Positions 48,458 to 58,980 of a stretch of DNA of 64,000 bases are shown one piece after another (position 1 is the first letter of the stretch; every line of letters starts with the position of its first letter). A program made the translations under genes and the position numbers. The notes beneath the pieces are model-generated. The model was not told where the DNA came from and searched no databases. It saw only the letters and a list, made by a program, of their open reading frames with translations. The stretch covers positions 192,001 to 256,000 of the forward strand of contig CAVZMH010000017.1 of the NCBI GenBank assembly GCA_963776345.1. Reading direction: 5' to 3'. Origin of the DNA: an uncultured delta proteobacterium. GTDB lineage: Bacteria; Myxococcota; Myxococcia; Myxococcales; Myxococcaceae.

Positions 48458-50258
48458 TCAGTTCGTCTTCGTCGCGGGCGCGGGGCGGCTCGCGGCGGCG
48501 CGGGCCTTCTCGGCGGGGACGAACTCCTCCATGACCGCGCGGAGCCGTAGGTCGGGCGGCAGCAGCCCCTGGGCGAGGATGAAGTCGTGGAAGCGCTGGC
48601 GGTCAAGCCGTCCGCCCAGCGCCAGCTCCGCCCGCTGCCGCGTCTCGAGCATCGACTGGTAGCCGATGAAGTACGACGTCGCCTGCCCCGGGGCGCGGAA
48701 GGTGTACCGGTCGACCTCCTGCTTGGCCATGCCCTCCGAGAGCACCACCTCCTCCATCAGGACCCGCCGTGCCTCCTCGGGCGAGATCTGGCCGAGGTTG
48801 AGCATCGGATCGAGGAACGCCCGGGCCGCGCGCAGCATCCGGTGCTGCAGCGAGACCAGCTGGCCGTCGAGGGGCAGGTACGGCTTCATCTCCGACTCGG
48901 CGTAGAGCGCCCAGCCCTCGATGTTGGCGCTGTTGAAGGCGAACACCGCCCGGGCGATGGACACCCCGTTCTCGACCATCCGGGTGAACTGCAGCTCGTG
49001 GCCCGGCCGGGCCTCGTGCACGGTCAGGGTCCAGGTCGCCGCGTCGAAGGTGAAGTCGTCGGTCCGGAGGTCCTTCTGACCGGGTGCGCCGGGCGTGGCC
49101 AGCGGGAGGACGAACTCGCCGTACTCGCCGGTGTTGCCGATGAGCCGGGGCGGGTTCATGTGCGGTGCGGGCTGCATCGCCGACTCCGCCTCGGACGAGA
49201 GGCGGATGACCGCCTTCCGCGCGGGAAGCGTGACCAGGTGCTCGCGCCGGGCGATGTCCTCCAGGGCGGCGAGCCTCCTGGCGTACAGCGGGAGGACGGA
49301 CGCGTTCGCGATCTGCTGCTTCTTCAGCGCGCGGAGCACGGCGCGGTAGTCGCTCCCCGTTGGGAAGGTTCCGCGCCTTCGCCACCAGCGGCGCGAGGGC
49401 GTTCATCTCGTTGCGGATCTCGGCGAAGGACACCAGCGCCGCCCGCAGCACCGCCTCCGGCGGCGCGTTCACCCCGAAGCTGCGGAGGTACACCGCGTAG
49501 AGCTCCGGTGGGAGCCGATTGTCCGTCCGCGACCTGGGGAGGATCTCCGCCGTGACCCAGCGGTCGTACGCTTCCACCTGCTCGCCGAGCTTGGCCAGCG
49601 CCGGCTCGTAGCCGGTCAGACCGGACTTCTTGAACAGCTCGCCGATGCCCCCCACCAGACGCTTGCTGTCCGCGAGGGCCTGCTCCACCTCGGGGCGGAA
49701 GGGCCCCAGCAGCTTCTTGTCCCCGAACCGCTCGGTGGTCCGAGCCCTGGCCAGCTCGGTGAGCGGCGTGCTGCCGGGCTCGAGGCCGGCATAGCGGCGG
49801 AGGCGGACCAGCGCCGCGGCTTGGCGCTCCTTCGGGATGCGCGGGTCCAGCAGGGCGAAGATGCCTCCGAACGCCGCGCGCGCCGGCGCGAAGAAGGGCA
49901 GGAGCAGCGCCTCCTCCAGCTTGCCCTCCTCGATCTTCCGGTGTGCGTCGTCGATGAGGATCTGGATGTCCTCGCGCACCTTCGGGTCGCGGGTCGCGGG
50001 GAGCTTCGCCTCGAGGTCCTTCGCCGCGCTCTCCAGGGCCGCTCGGTAGCGCTCGCCGAACCCCGGCCCGAGGTCGACGACCTTGTCGTCCACGCCCTCC
50101 ACCCCGAGCCTCTGGGCGCCCTCGGGAGCGAACTGGGCGATCACCCGAAGCATCGGCTGGGCCGCGGCGTCGCTCTCGCGGACCCAGTCCGGCACCGGCG
50201 CGGCGAGCGCCGAGGTGGCGAGGAGCAGGACGACGAGAGGCCAGGACCGGACGCGCAT
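48458..50258 (-). CDS. DUF885 family secreted metalloprotein (+1 frameshift in a G-run near 49356)
   Basis: Signal peptide MRVRSWPLVVLLLATSALA, HEARPGHELQ, EGWALYAE, EVDRY..PGQA.SY..G. Confidence 0.88.
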
Positions 50259-50407
50259 GGGAGCTCCAGGACGATGGGGGTGGAGGGGGGTTCTGGTGGA
50301 AAGGCCGGCGTTTCGCCAGGGGAGAGGAGGGAACGACGCCCGCCGTACGCCGGACTGGGCCGAGCCATTGCCCCAGACTCGCCGCAAATGCAGCGGGCCG
50401 CCGCTGC

Positions 50408-53400
50408 TCAGGGCGCGACGCTGAACTCCGCGGCCGTGGCGTTGATGGTGGTGCTGAAGTCCATCGAGTAGCCGAAGCTGAGCGGCGCGAGGCTCGACCC
50501 GTTGTAGTAGGTGGACATCGCGTTGGCGTTGTCGAAGGTGTCCTGGTCGGTCTTGCTCGGGTAGCCGACGGCGAGGAAGGCGGCCCCGGCCGGGCTGGTC
50601 CCGGTGAGGATGGGGCCGATCCCCGTCCCCGCGTAGTTGAGGATCAGGCTGCCCTGCTTCTTCGGCGTGATGGCGCAGGTTCCCGTCCAGCTCGTCCCCT
50701 TGACGGTGACCGGATAGGTGACCGTCTGCTGAAGAGGCGAGGTCGGGTCCGCACCGGAGACGTCGAACACGAAGTAGCTGGTGTTGGCCGGGAGCCCACT
50801 CACCGGGAACGAGATGACGTTGGCCGGGTCCGGCGTGACGTTCTTCGCGTAGGCCACTGCCGAGACCGGCGCACTGTTGCCGACGACGGGGAGCGCCCAG
50901 GTGTTGCCCGTGGTGTCCGAGGGCGCCGACCGGAGCACGCCCTCGTCCTCGATCACCACGGTCAGATTGCCGGTCGTGGGGAACGGCACCCGGTACGTCG
51001 ACACGGTGATGTTGATCTGGGTGAAGACCTGCACCTTGTTGATGTGGATCCCGGCCGCCGGCACCGTCCCCGCGCCAGGAGAGGCCTTGAGCTCCAGCGC
51101 CCAGGTGTTGGCGGCGTGACTCCCCGTGGTGGTGAAGCTCGGGGTGATGCTCCCGCCCGGAGCGAGCCGCCACTGGAGCGCGTACCAGTTCATCGACTGG
51201 TCGGAGCTGTCGCCCCCCGCGAAGTCGGCATGCAGCAGCGTCCATCCCGAGCCCGCGGTGATGGAGGTGACCGGGGTCCCGAGCCCCAGGAGGGCGCTGG
51301 CGTCGAGTCCGTACTGCAGCACGAGGCTCCCCGCGGCGGGTGAGAGCGCCGGCGCGGTGACGGTGGGCGCGGCGGCGGTGTGGGACTGGGAGGTGACGCC
51401 GACCGCCGAGGTCGAGGCGATGCCCGAGAGCTCCAGCACCATGAGCTTCACGTTCTCGTCCATGGCCGCGAGGTCGAGCGTGAACTTGCTGCCGCCGCCG
51501 TTGATGTTGGGGAGGACGTACACGCTGGAGAGCGTGCCGCTCGTGCCGTGATCCGCGCTCACCGCAGGCGTGGTGGGCCAGCTGTTCCCGGCGTCGTCCA
51601 CCAGAGAGCTGACCGAGTTCCCGTGCGTCATGTCGATGATCACCACCACGCAGTTTCCGGCGCCCCAGGTGTTCGGGACGGCGAAGGTGTAGTGCGAGGC
51701 GCGCAGGCCTCGGGCCTGGACGTTCGCGCCATAGGCGAAGCTCTGCACCAGCGCCGGGGGCGCGGTCCCTCCGGCCCGGGGGGTCACGGGCGCGGACGGA
51801 CTGCTGGCCGGCCCGGTCCCGACCGCGTTCACCGCCGCGACCGTGAAGGTGTAGGCCGTCCCGTTGACGAGCCCGGTCACCGTGGCGCTCGTGCCATTCA
51901 CGACCACCTGCGCCGCGGAGCCGGAGGGCTGATGGCGACGATGTAACCGGTCACGGGCTTCCCCCGTTGCTCGCGGGCGCCGTCCATGACAGCGACGCCG
52001 ATTGGTCGCCCGCGCTGGGGACGACGTTCGTCGGCGCGCCGGGGACGGTCGGAGTCGTCACCGGGTTGCTCAGGGCGGACGGGCCCGTCCCGCTGGCATT
52101 GAAGGCCGCCACCGCGAAGCTGTAGGTCGCTCCGCTGGCGAGCCCGGTGACCGTCGCCCTGGTGCCGGTGATGCTGACGCTCGCCGGCGGGGTGGGCGCC
52201 GGAAGCACGTTGACCGTGTAGCCCTGGATCGCGCTGGTGCCGCTGGAGGTCGGCGCCGTCCAGCTCACCGTGGCCCCGCCGACGCCGGGCGTCGCCGTGA
52301 CGTTGTTCGGAGCGGACGGAGTTCCAGGCGGAAGCGCCATCGGTGTCACTGGCGACGACGGGGAGCTCTGCGGCCCGGTCCCGACCGCGTTCACCGCCGC
52401 GACCGTGAAGGTGTAGGCCGTCCCGTTGACGAGCCCGGTCACCGTGGCGCTCGTGCCATTCACGACCACCTGCGCCTGCGGAGCCGGAGGGCTGATGGCG
52501 ACGACGTAACCCGTCACCGGGCTTCCCCCATTGCTCGCGGGCGCCGTCCATGACAGCGACGCCGATTGGTCGCCCGCGCTGGGGACGACGTTCGTCGGCG
52601 CGCCGGGGACGGTCGGAGTCGTCACCGGGTTGCTCAGGGCGGGCGGGCCCGTCCCGCTGGCATTGAAGGCCGCCACCGCGAAGCTGTAGGTCGCTCCGCT
52701 GGCGAGCCCGGTGACCGTCGCCGTGGTGCCGGTGATGCTGACGCTCGCCGGCGGGCCGGGCGCCGGAAGCACGCTGACCGTGTAGCCCTGGATCGCGCTG
52801 GTGCCGCTGGAGGTCGGCGCCGTCCAGCTCACCGTGGCCCTGCCGACGCCGGGCGTCGCCGTGACGTTGTTCGGAGCGGACGGAGTTCCAGGCGGAAGCG
52901 CCATCGGTGTCACTGGCGACGACGGGGAGCTCTGCGGACCGGTCCCGACCGCGTTCACCGCCGCGACCGTGAAGGTGTAGGCCGTCCCGTTGACGAGCCC
53001 GGTCACCGTGGCGCTCGTGCCGTTCACGACCACCTGTGCCGACGCGGTCGAGGGAGTGACGACGACGGTGTACCCGGTGACGGGCCGTCCCCCCGTCGCC
53101 GTGGGCGCAACCCAGGTCAGGGAGGCGGTCTGGTCGCCCGCGACCGCGACGACCCCCGTGGGCGCGCCGGGAACGTCAGGTGTCGTGATGGCATTGCTCG
53201 GAGCCGAGGATGGACCTGCTCCGACCGCGTTGAACGCCGAGACGGTGAAGGTGTACGTCGTCCCGTTGGCCAGCCCGCTGACGGACGCCGTCGTCCCGGT
53301 GATGGTCACCGCGGCCGCGGGCGTCGCGGGCGAGATCTCCACGCGATAGCCCAGGAGCGCGCTGCCGCCGTCGGAGGAGGGGGCGGTCCAGACGAGGGTG

Positions 53401-53546
53401 GCACTCCGGATGCCCGCGGTGGCCGTCACGCCGCTCGGCGTCGCCGGGACGCTCGCCCCGCCGTCCGGGGTCGAGGTCACCGTTCCGCTGCACGCAGCGA
53501 GGAGCGCCGCCGCCACCGTGGCAGCGACGGTGCGGACGTTCACCAT
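50408..53546 (-). CDS. Lipoprotein with six fibronectin type III domains and a ~450-aa beta-rich C-terminal region (two 1-nt deletions near 51915 and 51955)
   Basis: Lipobox LLAAC, repeated PGAP..V...AG...A...W.AP...GG...GY.V...GL.NGT.YTF.V.A.N..G. RBS AAGGAGG. Confidence 0.88.
51811..53039. repeat. Near-identical 564-bp tandem duplication (two Fn3 domains per unit, ~2.2 units)
   Basis: The anchor CCGACCGCGTTCACCGCCGCGACC occurs at 51819, 52381 and 52945 (spacings 562 and 564). Confidence 0.92.
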
Positions 53547-54014
53547 GTTCCCGGCCCTCCTTGCCGCCCCTCGGTCCTCCCTACCGCACTTCGAGCCGGG
53601 CTTGCCTCGTCCCTAGGTTCACTCCGAACGCCAGGGTCTCGACCCAGGTGGGTCGCGCCGCGTTCGCGCGCATCAGGAGCATCTGTTTCCGCTCGAGGCG
53701 TACACCGGCGCATCGAGCTCCGAGCCTTGCGGGTTGCCGATCGAGGTGCTCGGTCGGCGGGCGCAGCGGATCGCGAGCACCCTCGTCCCCGAGGTGCCCA
53801 CGGACTGAACGGCATTTTCCGGTCGAGGAGGGGTCTCGCCGGCGGTTCTTCGGGTCAGCTCCGAGTTCCGGATGAACGGGCGGGATGTCGGAATCGACCA
53901 GCGGGCACGGAACTGCCGAAGATCGGGGCGCTGGCATCCCACTGACGATCGGTCAGCCGACGTCCTGGCTGCGCGCGGCCGCCTGAATCCGCTGACAGGG
54001 GCCTCGTCGCGCGG

Positions 54015-55607
54015 TCACCGCGGCCCGCTCACCGGCGGCGCCTTGGCGGCTGCCTCCTCGTATCGTCGATAGAGATCGAGCGAGAACCGGGACAGGGCTC
54101 CCGGCTCGTCGCGCAGGCGGTACAGCGTGCCCTTGGAGAGCTCGGCGCTGGGCGGCTGGATGACGCGGTAGTAGCCCGAGGTACGAAGGAAGGCGTCACG
54201 GACGAGTCCGGGGGCCGGAGCCGGGAGCTGGAAGTCCAGGGTCACGAACGTGCCGCGCTTGGGCAGGACCTGGTACTTCCCGTCGGTGGACCCGAGGGCC
54301 GCCCGGGCGTCGGTCCCGTCCGACTGGATGGCGCGGCTGGGCGCGAGCCGTGCCGAGCGAACCTCACGCGACTGGACGCTGGCGAGCGCGACGCGGTCCA
54401 CCTGCCAGAAGCCCACGCCGCTGCTCAGACGGACCCGGACCACCTGGCCCTCGACAGGAGGCATGGGCACGGCGAAATGCCGGAGCGAGACCGGGCCCAC
54501 GGTGGGCACCACCGCCATCCGCTCCCAGCGGCCGGCCCTCTCCACCTCGACCCGGAGATCCACGCCCTCCCGCTCGCGCCACTCGAGCGTCGGTTCCCGC
54601 GCCTCTGGCCGGTCGGCCTGATCGAGGTATGGCTCGAGCCGGTCGCCCAGCAGGGCGAAGAACCGACCCATGACCAGGTCGAGCCATGCGGTATTTCCGG
54701 CGTCCAGCTCGAGCGCCAGTGGGGCGTCGCCAGCTGGACGGTCGAAGGACAGCACGAGACCCTCACGCTGTGGTGGATCGCGCCGGTGTGAGGCCGCCGA
54801 GAGGTCCGTGACCCAGAGCCGCGCGTCCCGCTCCCGGACGAGGCTCGCGACGTCGGCTCCATCGAGATCCGCGGCGGACATCGGCGGAGACGCCTGACCG
54901 AGGAGAAGGAGCCCGGCCTCGTGGGTGGCGACCGCGCGCTGCTCCGGGCGGCGGTCGACCAGGACGAGCTCCGCAAGATCCGTGAACTGGACCTCCTGGG
55001 CCTCGTTGGAAAGGGTCACCGATGCCCGGGCACCCAGAGAGGGGAGCGGCATCAGGTCCTCACGCTGCACGGCCCGCGAGGTCGCACCGGAGTAGGACTC
55101 GCCGACGAGCTTCGGCCCATCTCCGGTGTCGACGTAGACGAACGGACAGGACGTCTTGGTGAGCGCGATGACCAGCGCGACGATTCCCCAGATGACGACG
55201 ATCACGCCAAGGACGAGGAAGAAGGTGCGCCAGCCGCTAAAGGTCCACACCTCCACCTGCTTGACCTGCCGGAGGTCCACGGTGACCGAGGAATACTTTC
55301 CGTCCTTGTCCGTCTTGGGCAGGTAGCTCCCGCCTACGAGCTCGAGCTCGGTCCCCGTGACATTGGGAAAGACGAGCGAGTCGACCTCGAGGAGCACCTG
55401 CTCGTCGTTTGCCCGTGTGATCCGGAGCCTCGCCTTGGGCTCGATGACCCTACCAGCCTGGAGGTCGGTCAGTGGGACGACGTCCCAGGTCGTGCAGGAG
55501 GAGCCGAAGGCGATCACGGTGAGGACGGTGACCAGCTGGTACCAGCGACGCCGTCGCACTGGTTCGTATCGGCCCGGGTTCTTCCACTCGAGATTCAGGA
55601 GATTCAT
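54015..55607 (-). CDS. Hypothetical lipoprotein/membrane protein
   Basis: Lipobox-like GSSC, a TM helix, then SCPFVYV...GESYSGA...REDLMPL and a large soluble domain. RBS GAGG. Confidence 0.8.
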   Translation of the reverse strand: MNLLNLEWKNPGRYEPVRRRRWYQLVTVLTVIAFGSSCTTWDVVPLTDLQAGRVIEPKARLRITRANDEQVLLEVDSLVFPNVTGTELELVGGSYLPKTDKDGKYSSVTVDLRQVKQVEVWTFSGWRTFFLVLGVIVVIWGIVALVIALTKTSCPFVYVDTGDGPKLVGESYSGATSRAVQREDLMPLPSLGARASVTLSNEAQEVQFTDLAELVLVDRRPEQRAVATHEAGLLLLGQASPPMSAADLDGADVASLVRERDARLWVTDLSAASHRRDPPQREGLVLSFDRPAGDAPLALELDAGNTAWLDLVMGRFFALLGDRLEPYLDQADRPEAREPTLEWREREGVDLRVEVERAGRWERMAVVPTVGPVSLRHFAVPMPPVEGQVVRVRLSSGVGFWQVDRVALASVQSREVRSARLAPSRAIQSDGTDARAALGSTDGKYQVLPKRGTFVTLDFQLPAPAPGLVRDAFLRTSGYYRVIQPPSAELSKGTLYRLRDEPGALSRFSLDLYRRYEEAAAKAPPVSGPR

Positions 55608-55756
55608 GATCAGCGACCTCGGTGGTTCACAGGAGGGATCGACCGGCGAGTTGCCCGTGCTAGCGTGAAGGCCAAGGGCTCCTCGCCGTTCCGGAGGCAC
55701 ACTCGGTCCAGCGGGTGGCGATTCGCCGGAGCGAGGAGCCGTGGGCAACGGGGCAC

Positions 55757-57076
55757 ATGCACCTCGCGCTGGTGACCGTGGGTTCGCTCGGGGACGTCGC
55801 TCCGATCTTCGCCCTCGGCCTCGGCCTCAAGCGCGCCGGGCACACCGTGCGCATCCTGGCCCACGAGTCCTTCTCGCTGATGGCGAGCAGGCTGGGTCTC
55901 GACCTGGTCACGACGAAGGCGGCCGATCCGCGAGCGCTCCTCGCCTCGGAACGGTTCAGGGCCGCGTTCAGCGCCCGGGACCCGTTCCGGGCCTGGCGCC
56001 GGTTCGGCGCGATCGCCGAGGAGACTGCCCGGGCGGTGTTCGCCGACGCGCTCGCCGCCTGCGAGGGCGCGGATGCGGTGGGCTCTTCCGGGCTGGGCGT
56101 CTTCCCGGGCTACGCCGCCGCGGTCCGTCTCGGGATTCCCCACTTCGGCGCCCACCTCATCCCCATCGGGCCCACCAGCGCGTTTCCGAACCCGCTCCTC
56201 CCGCAGGTCCTCGCGTGGCTGCCCGGCTACAACTGGACCTCGCACGCCCTCGCGGCCTGGCTGGTGTGGCGCTCGATCCGGCCAATGGCCGATCGAGCGA
56301 TGGCGAGCACCGGCGCGGGCCGCTTCCCGCCTCTGGCCAGGATGGCTTCCAGCTCCCGGATCTCGCTCTTTGGCATCAGCCCGGCCGTCGTCCCCCCGCC
56401 CGCCGGGTGGCGCCGCGCCCGGTTCACCGGGTACTGGTTCCTGGACGACCCGACCGGCTGGGAGCCTCCGGCGCAGCTCCAGCGATTCCTCGCCCAGGGC
56501 CCGCCCCCCGTCGTCGTGGGCTTCGGGAGCATGAGCACCCGGAACCCCGAGAGGACTGCCCGCATCGTCGTGGAGGCGCTGCGGAGGACGGGAGCCCGCG
56601 GCGTCCTGCTCTCCGGGTGGGGAGGCCTTCGAGTCGAGGAGCTCCCCCCGCAGATCCTGGCGATGGAGCACGCTCCCCACGCCTGGCTCTTCCCGCGCGC
56701 CGCCGCCGTGGTGCACCACGGTGGAGCCGGCACCACGGCTTCCGCGCTGCGGGCCGGCGTGCCGTCGGTGGTGGTGCCCTTCGCGTTCGACCAGCCGTTC
56801 TGGGCCGAGCGGGTGCGGAGGCTGGGCGCGGGGCCAGCGCCCATCCCCGAGCGAGCGCTGACTGCCAGCCGGCTCGCGCGCGCGATCCGGCGCGCGCTGG
56901 AGGACCGGCGCCTGGGTCAGGCCGCACGCGCGCTCGGGGAGCGCATCCGCTCGGAGGATGGCGTCGGGACGGCGGTGCGAGAGCTGGAGCACGTTCTAGA
57001 TCCGGGCATCGGCCCGGGCCGGCGGGTAGACCTGGCAGCCCTGGGCCCGGAGACGACCTCGCAGCGTCTGCAGTGA
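55757..57076 (+). CDS. GT1 family glycosyltransferase (sterol glucosyltransferase / GT28-N-like)
   Basis: GSLGDVAP, TGYWF, VGFGSM, PHAWLFPR..VVHHGGAGTT, DQPFW. Confidence 0.93.
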   Translation: MHLALVTVGSLGDVAPIFALGLGLKRAGHTVRILAHESFSLMASRLGLDLVTTKAADPRALLASERFRAAFSARDPFRAWRRFGAIAEETARAVFADALAACEGADAVGSSGLGVFPGYAAAVRLGIPHFGAHLIPIGPTSAFPNPLLPQVLAWLPGYNWTSHALAAWLVWRSIRPMADRAMASTGAGRFPPLARMASSSRISLFGISPAVVPPPAGWRRARFTGYWFLDDPTGWEPPAQLQRFLAQGPPPVVVGFGSMSTRNPERTARIVVEALRRTGARGVLLSGWGGLRVEELPPQILAMEHAPHAWLFPRAAAVVHHGGAGTTASALRAGVPSVVVPFAFDQPFWAERVRRLGAGPAPIPERALTASRLARAIRRALEDRRLGQAARALGERIRSEDGVGTAVRELEHVLDPGIGPGRRVDLAALGPETTSQRLQ

Positions 57077-58258
57077 CTCATCGAGACAGCCGCCCACCCC
57101 TCCGTGGCAGAAGGGACAGGCGTGCACGGTCCCGGCGGCGTCGACGAAGAGGTACCGGTCACCGGCGCCCCAGCACCCGTCCCGCCGTTGTCCGATTCCC
57201 GGGTAGTCCACGAGGGGCATGTCCGGGCGCTCCAGGTTCATCGCGTGGTCGAAGACCTCGAGCAGTGCGATCTGCTCGGGCGGCAGGGCCACGTCGGCGC
57301 CCGTCCACCGGCCCACCGAGCGTGGATCGAGCACCTCGATGAAGCCCGCGCCCAGGCCACGGGCGAGGGCCGCGTAACGCTCGAGGTTCTCCGTGGTGAC
57401 GAACTCCCGGGTCGCGGTGAGGGAGAGCGCCACCAGCAGTCCCGCCTCGCGAGCGTGCCGGGCACCCGAGACAGCGCGGGCAAATGTTCCGGCGACTCCG
57501 CGGAAGCGGTCGTGCTTCGCGGGGTCCACATGGTCCAGGCTCACCCTCACCCCGGTGGCCCCGGCGTCCCGGAAGCGGCGGGCCACCTCCGGGGTCAGGG
57601 GCACACCGGAGGTCAGCGCCCAGACGTCGCAGTCCTGGTGGACGGTCCGGCAGATGGCCTCCGCGGCATCGAGCCGCAGGAGAGGCTCGCCCCCGGTGAG
57701 GAGGAGCTGCACCGCCCCTGCCGCTCGCAGGCGCTCGGCGAGCGCGCAGAGGTCCGCCACCGAGAGCACATCCGGCTGTCGCAGGGTCTCCCATTCGGAG
57801 CAGTGGACGCACTGCAGTCCGCACTTGCGAGTGATCGCGATGAAGGCGAACTGGAGCTCCGTGGCCGGGTGCAGGGGAAGAGCACGGTTCAGCTCCAGCG
57901 CGGCGTAGCGATCGAACGCCTGGGACGGGAATCCCGGCGCGTGCAGCGAGAAGAAGGCACGCCCCTGCCAGACCACGGCCTTTCGGGGAGGCAAGCCGCC
58001 GGCCGCGGTGCGGCGCGCCCGCGCCACCCTGCGGATCGCGGTGAGCGCCTTCCCGGGGCTTCCGTAGAGATGAAGAGCTTGCCGGGCGAGCCGTCCCCGG
58101 AGGCCTAGTCGGATGAGCGCGTTGCGGAGACCGGTGACCATCGGTGCCCGACCGGGGTGTTCGGGCTGCAACCGCGCCTCGGACGCCTCCGGGGGCCCAA
58201 GAGCAGGCTCGCTGGTCGCTGCGCTCCGTGCCATCAGCTCAGTTCCGCTCCGAGCCAT
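56996..58258 (-). CDS. Radical SAM protein with C-terminal SPASM/Twitch-like Cys motif
   Basis: CGLQCVHC (CxxxCxxC), TGGEP, VSLD..D...HD..RG, C.GAG.RYL.VD..G.VHACPFC. Confidence 0.92.
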   Translation of the reverse strand: MARSGTELMARSAATSEPALGPPEASEARLQPEHPGRAPMVTGLRNALIRLGLRGRLARQALHLYGSPGKALTAIRRVARARRTAAGGLPPRKAVVWQGRAFFSLHAPGFPSQAFDRYAALELNRALPLHPATELQFAFIAITRKCGLQCVHCSEWETLRQPDVLSVADLCALAERLRAAGAVQLLLTGGEPLLRLDAAEAICRTVHQDCDVWALTSGVPLTPEVARRFRDAGATGVRVSLDHVDPAKHDRFRGVAGTFARAVSGARHAREAGLLVALSLTATREFVTTENLERYAALARGLGAGFIEVLDPRSVGRWTGADVALPPEQIALLEVFDHAMNLERPDMPLVDYPGIGQRRDGCWGAGDRYLFVDAAGTVHACPFCHGGVGGCLDESLQTLRGRLRAQGCQVYPPARADARI

Positions 58259-58285
58259 GAGGCACCTCCCCTGCTCGCTGGACCA

Positions 58286-58301
58286 TGCAAGTCAGGAGCC
58301 G
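58286..58301 (-). promoter_or_regulatory. Putative sigma-54 promoter of the radical SAM gene, with an upstream palindrome at 58345-58360
   Basis: CGGCTC-ctgac-TTGCA on the minus strand. GTGACTC-CC-GAGTCAC lies about 45 nt further upstream. Confidence 0.5.
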
Positions 58302-58649
58302 GGGGAGCTCGAGCGGGTGCACGGGCGGTGGCTGTCGAGGTCGTGTGACTCCCGAGTCACTCGTCGCGCTTGCCCGGCACTGGCGGTCGCCTCTTCGTGT
58401 TCGAGAGGCTGACCGTTCCGCCGTGTCATCGATGCGATGACACCGGCTGGAGGGTCCAGCGCGCTCTTGCCGCCCGTGGTTGGCCCCGCGGATGCAGCGG
58501 TGACGGCCTGGTCTGCTGCGGCTCCGTTCGCGCAGCAGGTGCATCCTCGCGCGGGGATGGCGCAGCCATTGCGGGCTCATGGCGTCGATCAGCGATGGCC
58601 AGATGGAGCGAGGGAGTCGGGACGCTGGTGGGGGCGCTGTGCGGGGCGT

Positions 58650-58885
58650 GAAGTGCTCCGCTGCGCAAGCCTCCGGAGAGCCCGGCATCGGGCGGGTGAG
58701 TCTCGGGCGCTGGACGGCGCTCACCAGAAGCATGCGCCGGGCCAGGGTGACGGCGAGCCGCTCTACCTCGGCGTCGGTGAGCGGAGGAAGCGGGACGGGC
58801 TGGCCGGGGGACCAGCACCTCGGCCCGGCATGTCCGGCACGCCAGCCTGGCGAAGCCGTAGGCGAGCAGTCCAGGCGAGTACGTC
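58650..58885 (-). mobile_element. Internally deleted IS91-family (rolling-circle) transposase remnant
   Basis: GLLAYGFARLACRTCRAEVLV resembles the IS91 zinc-binding domain. It is fused out of frame to PLPPLTDAEVERLAVTLARRML, which resembles the segment after the HUH motif. Confidence 0.65.
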
Positions 58886-58980
58886 CCCAGGCGAGGTACG
58901 GGGCCGGCGGCCCCCGGAGACACGACGGGCCGCCCGATCCCCGAGGATCGAGCGGCCCGCGCGAGACAGCCGACCAGGCC

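Noticed and set aside
49340..49365. Programmed ribosomal frameshifting in DUF885 and the other split genes
   Set aside because: There are no slippery heptamers, and the density of unrelated indels fits sequencing error better.
53547..54014. Riboswitch (e.g. c-di-GMP) or small gene in the long leader of the Fn3 gene
   Set aside because: Some hairpins are present but no recognisable aptamer consensus. The short ORFs have no motif support.
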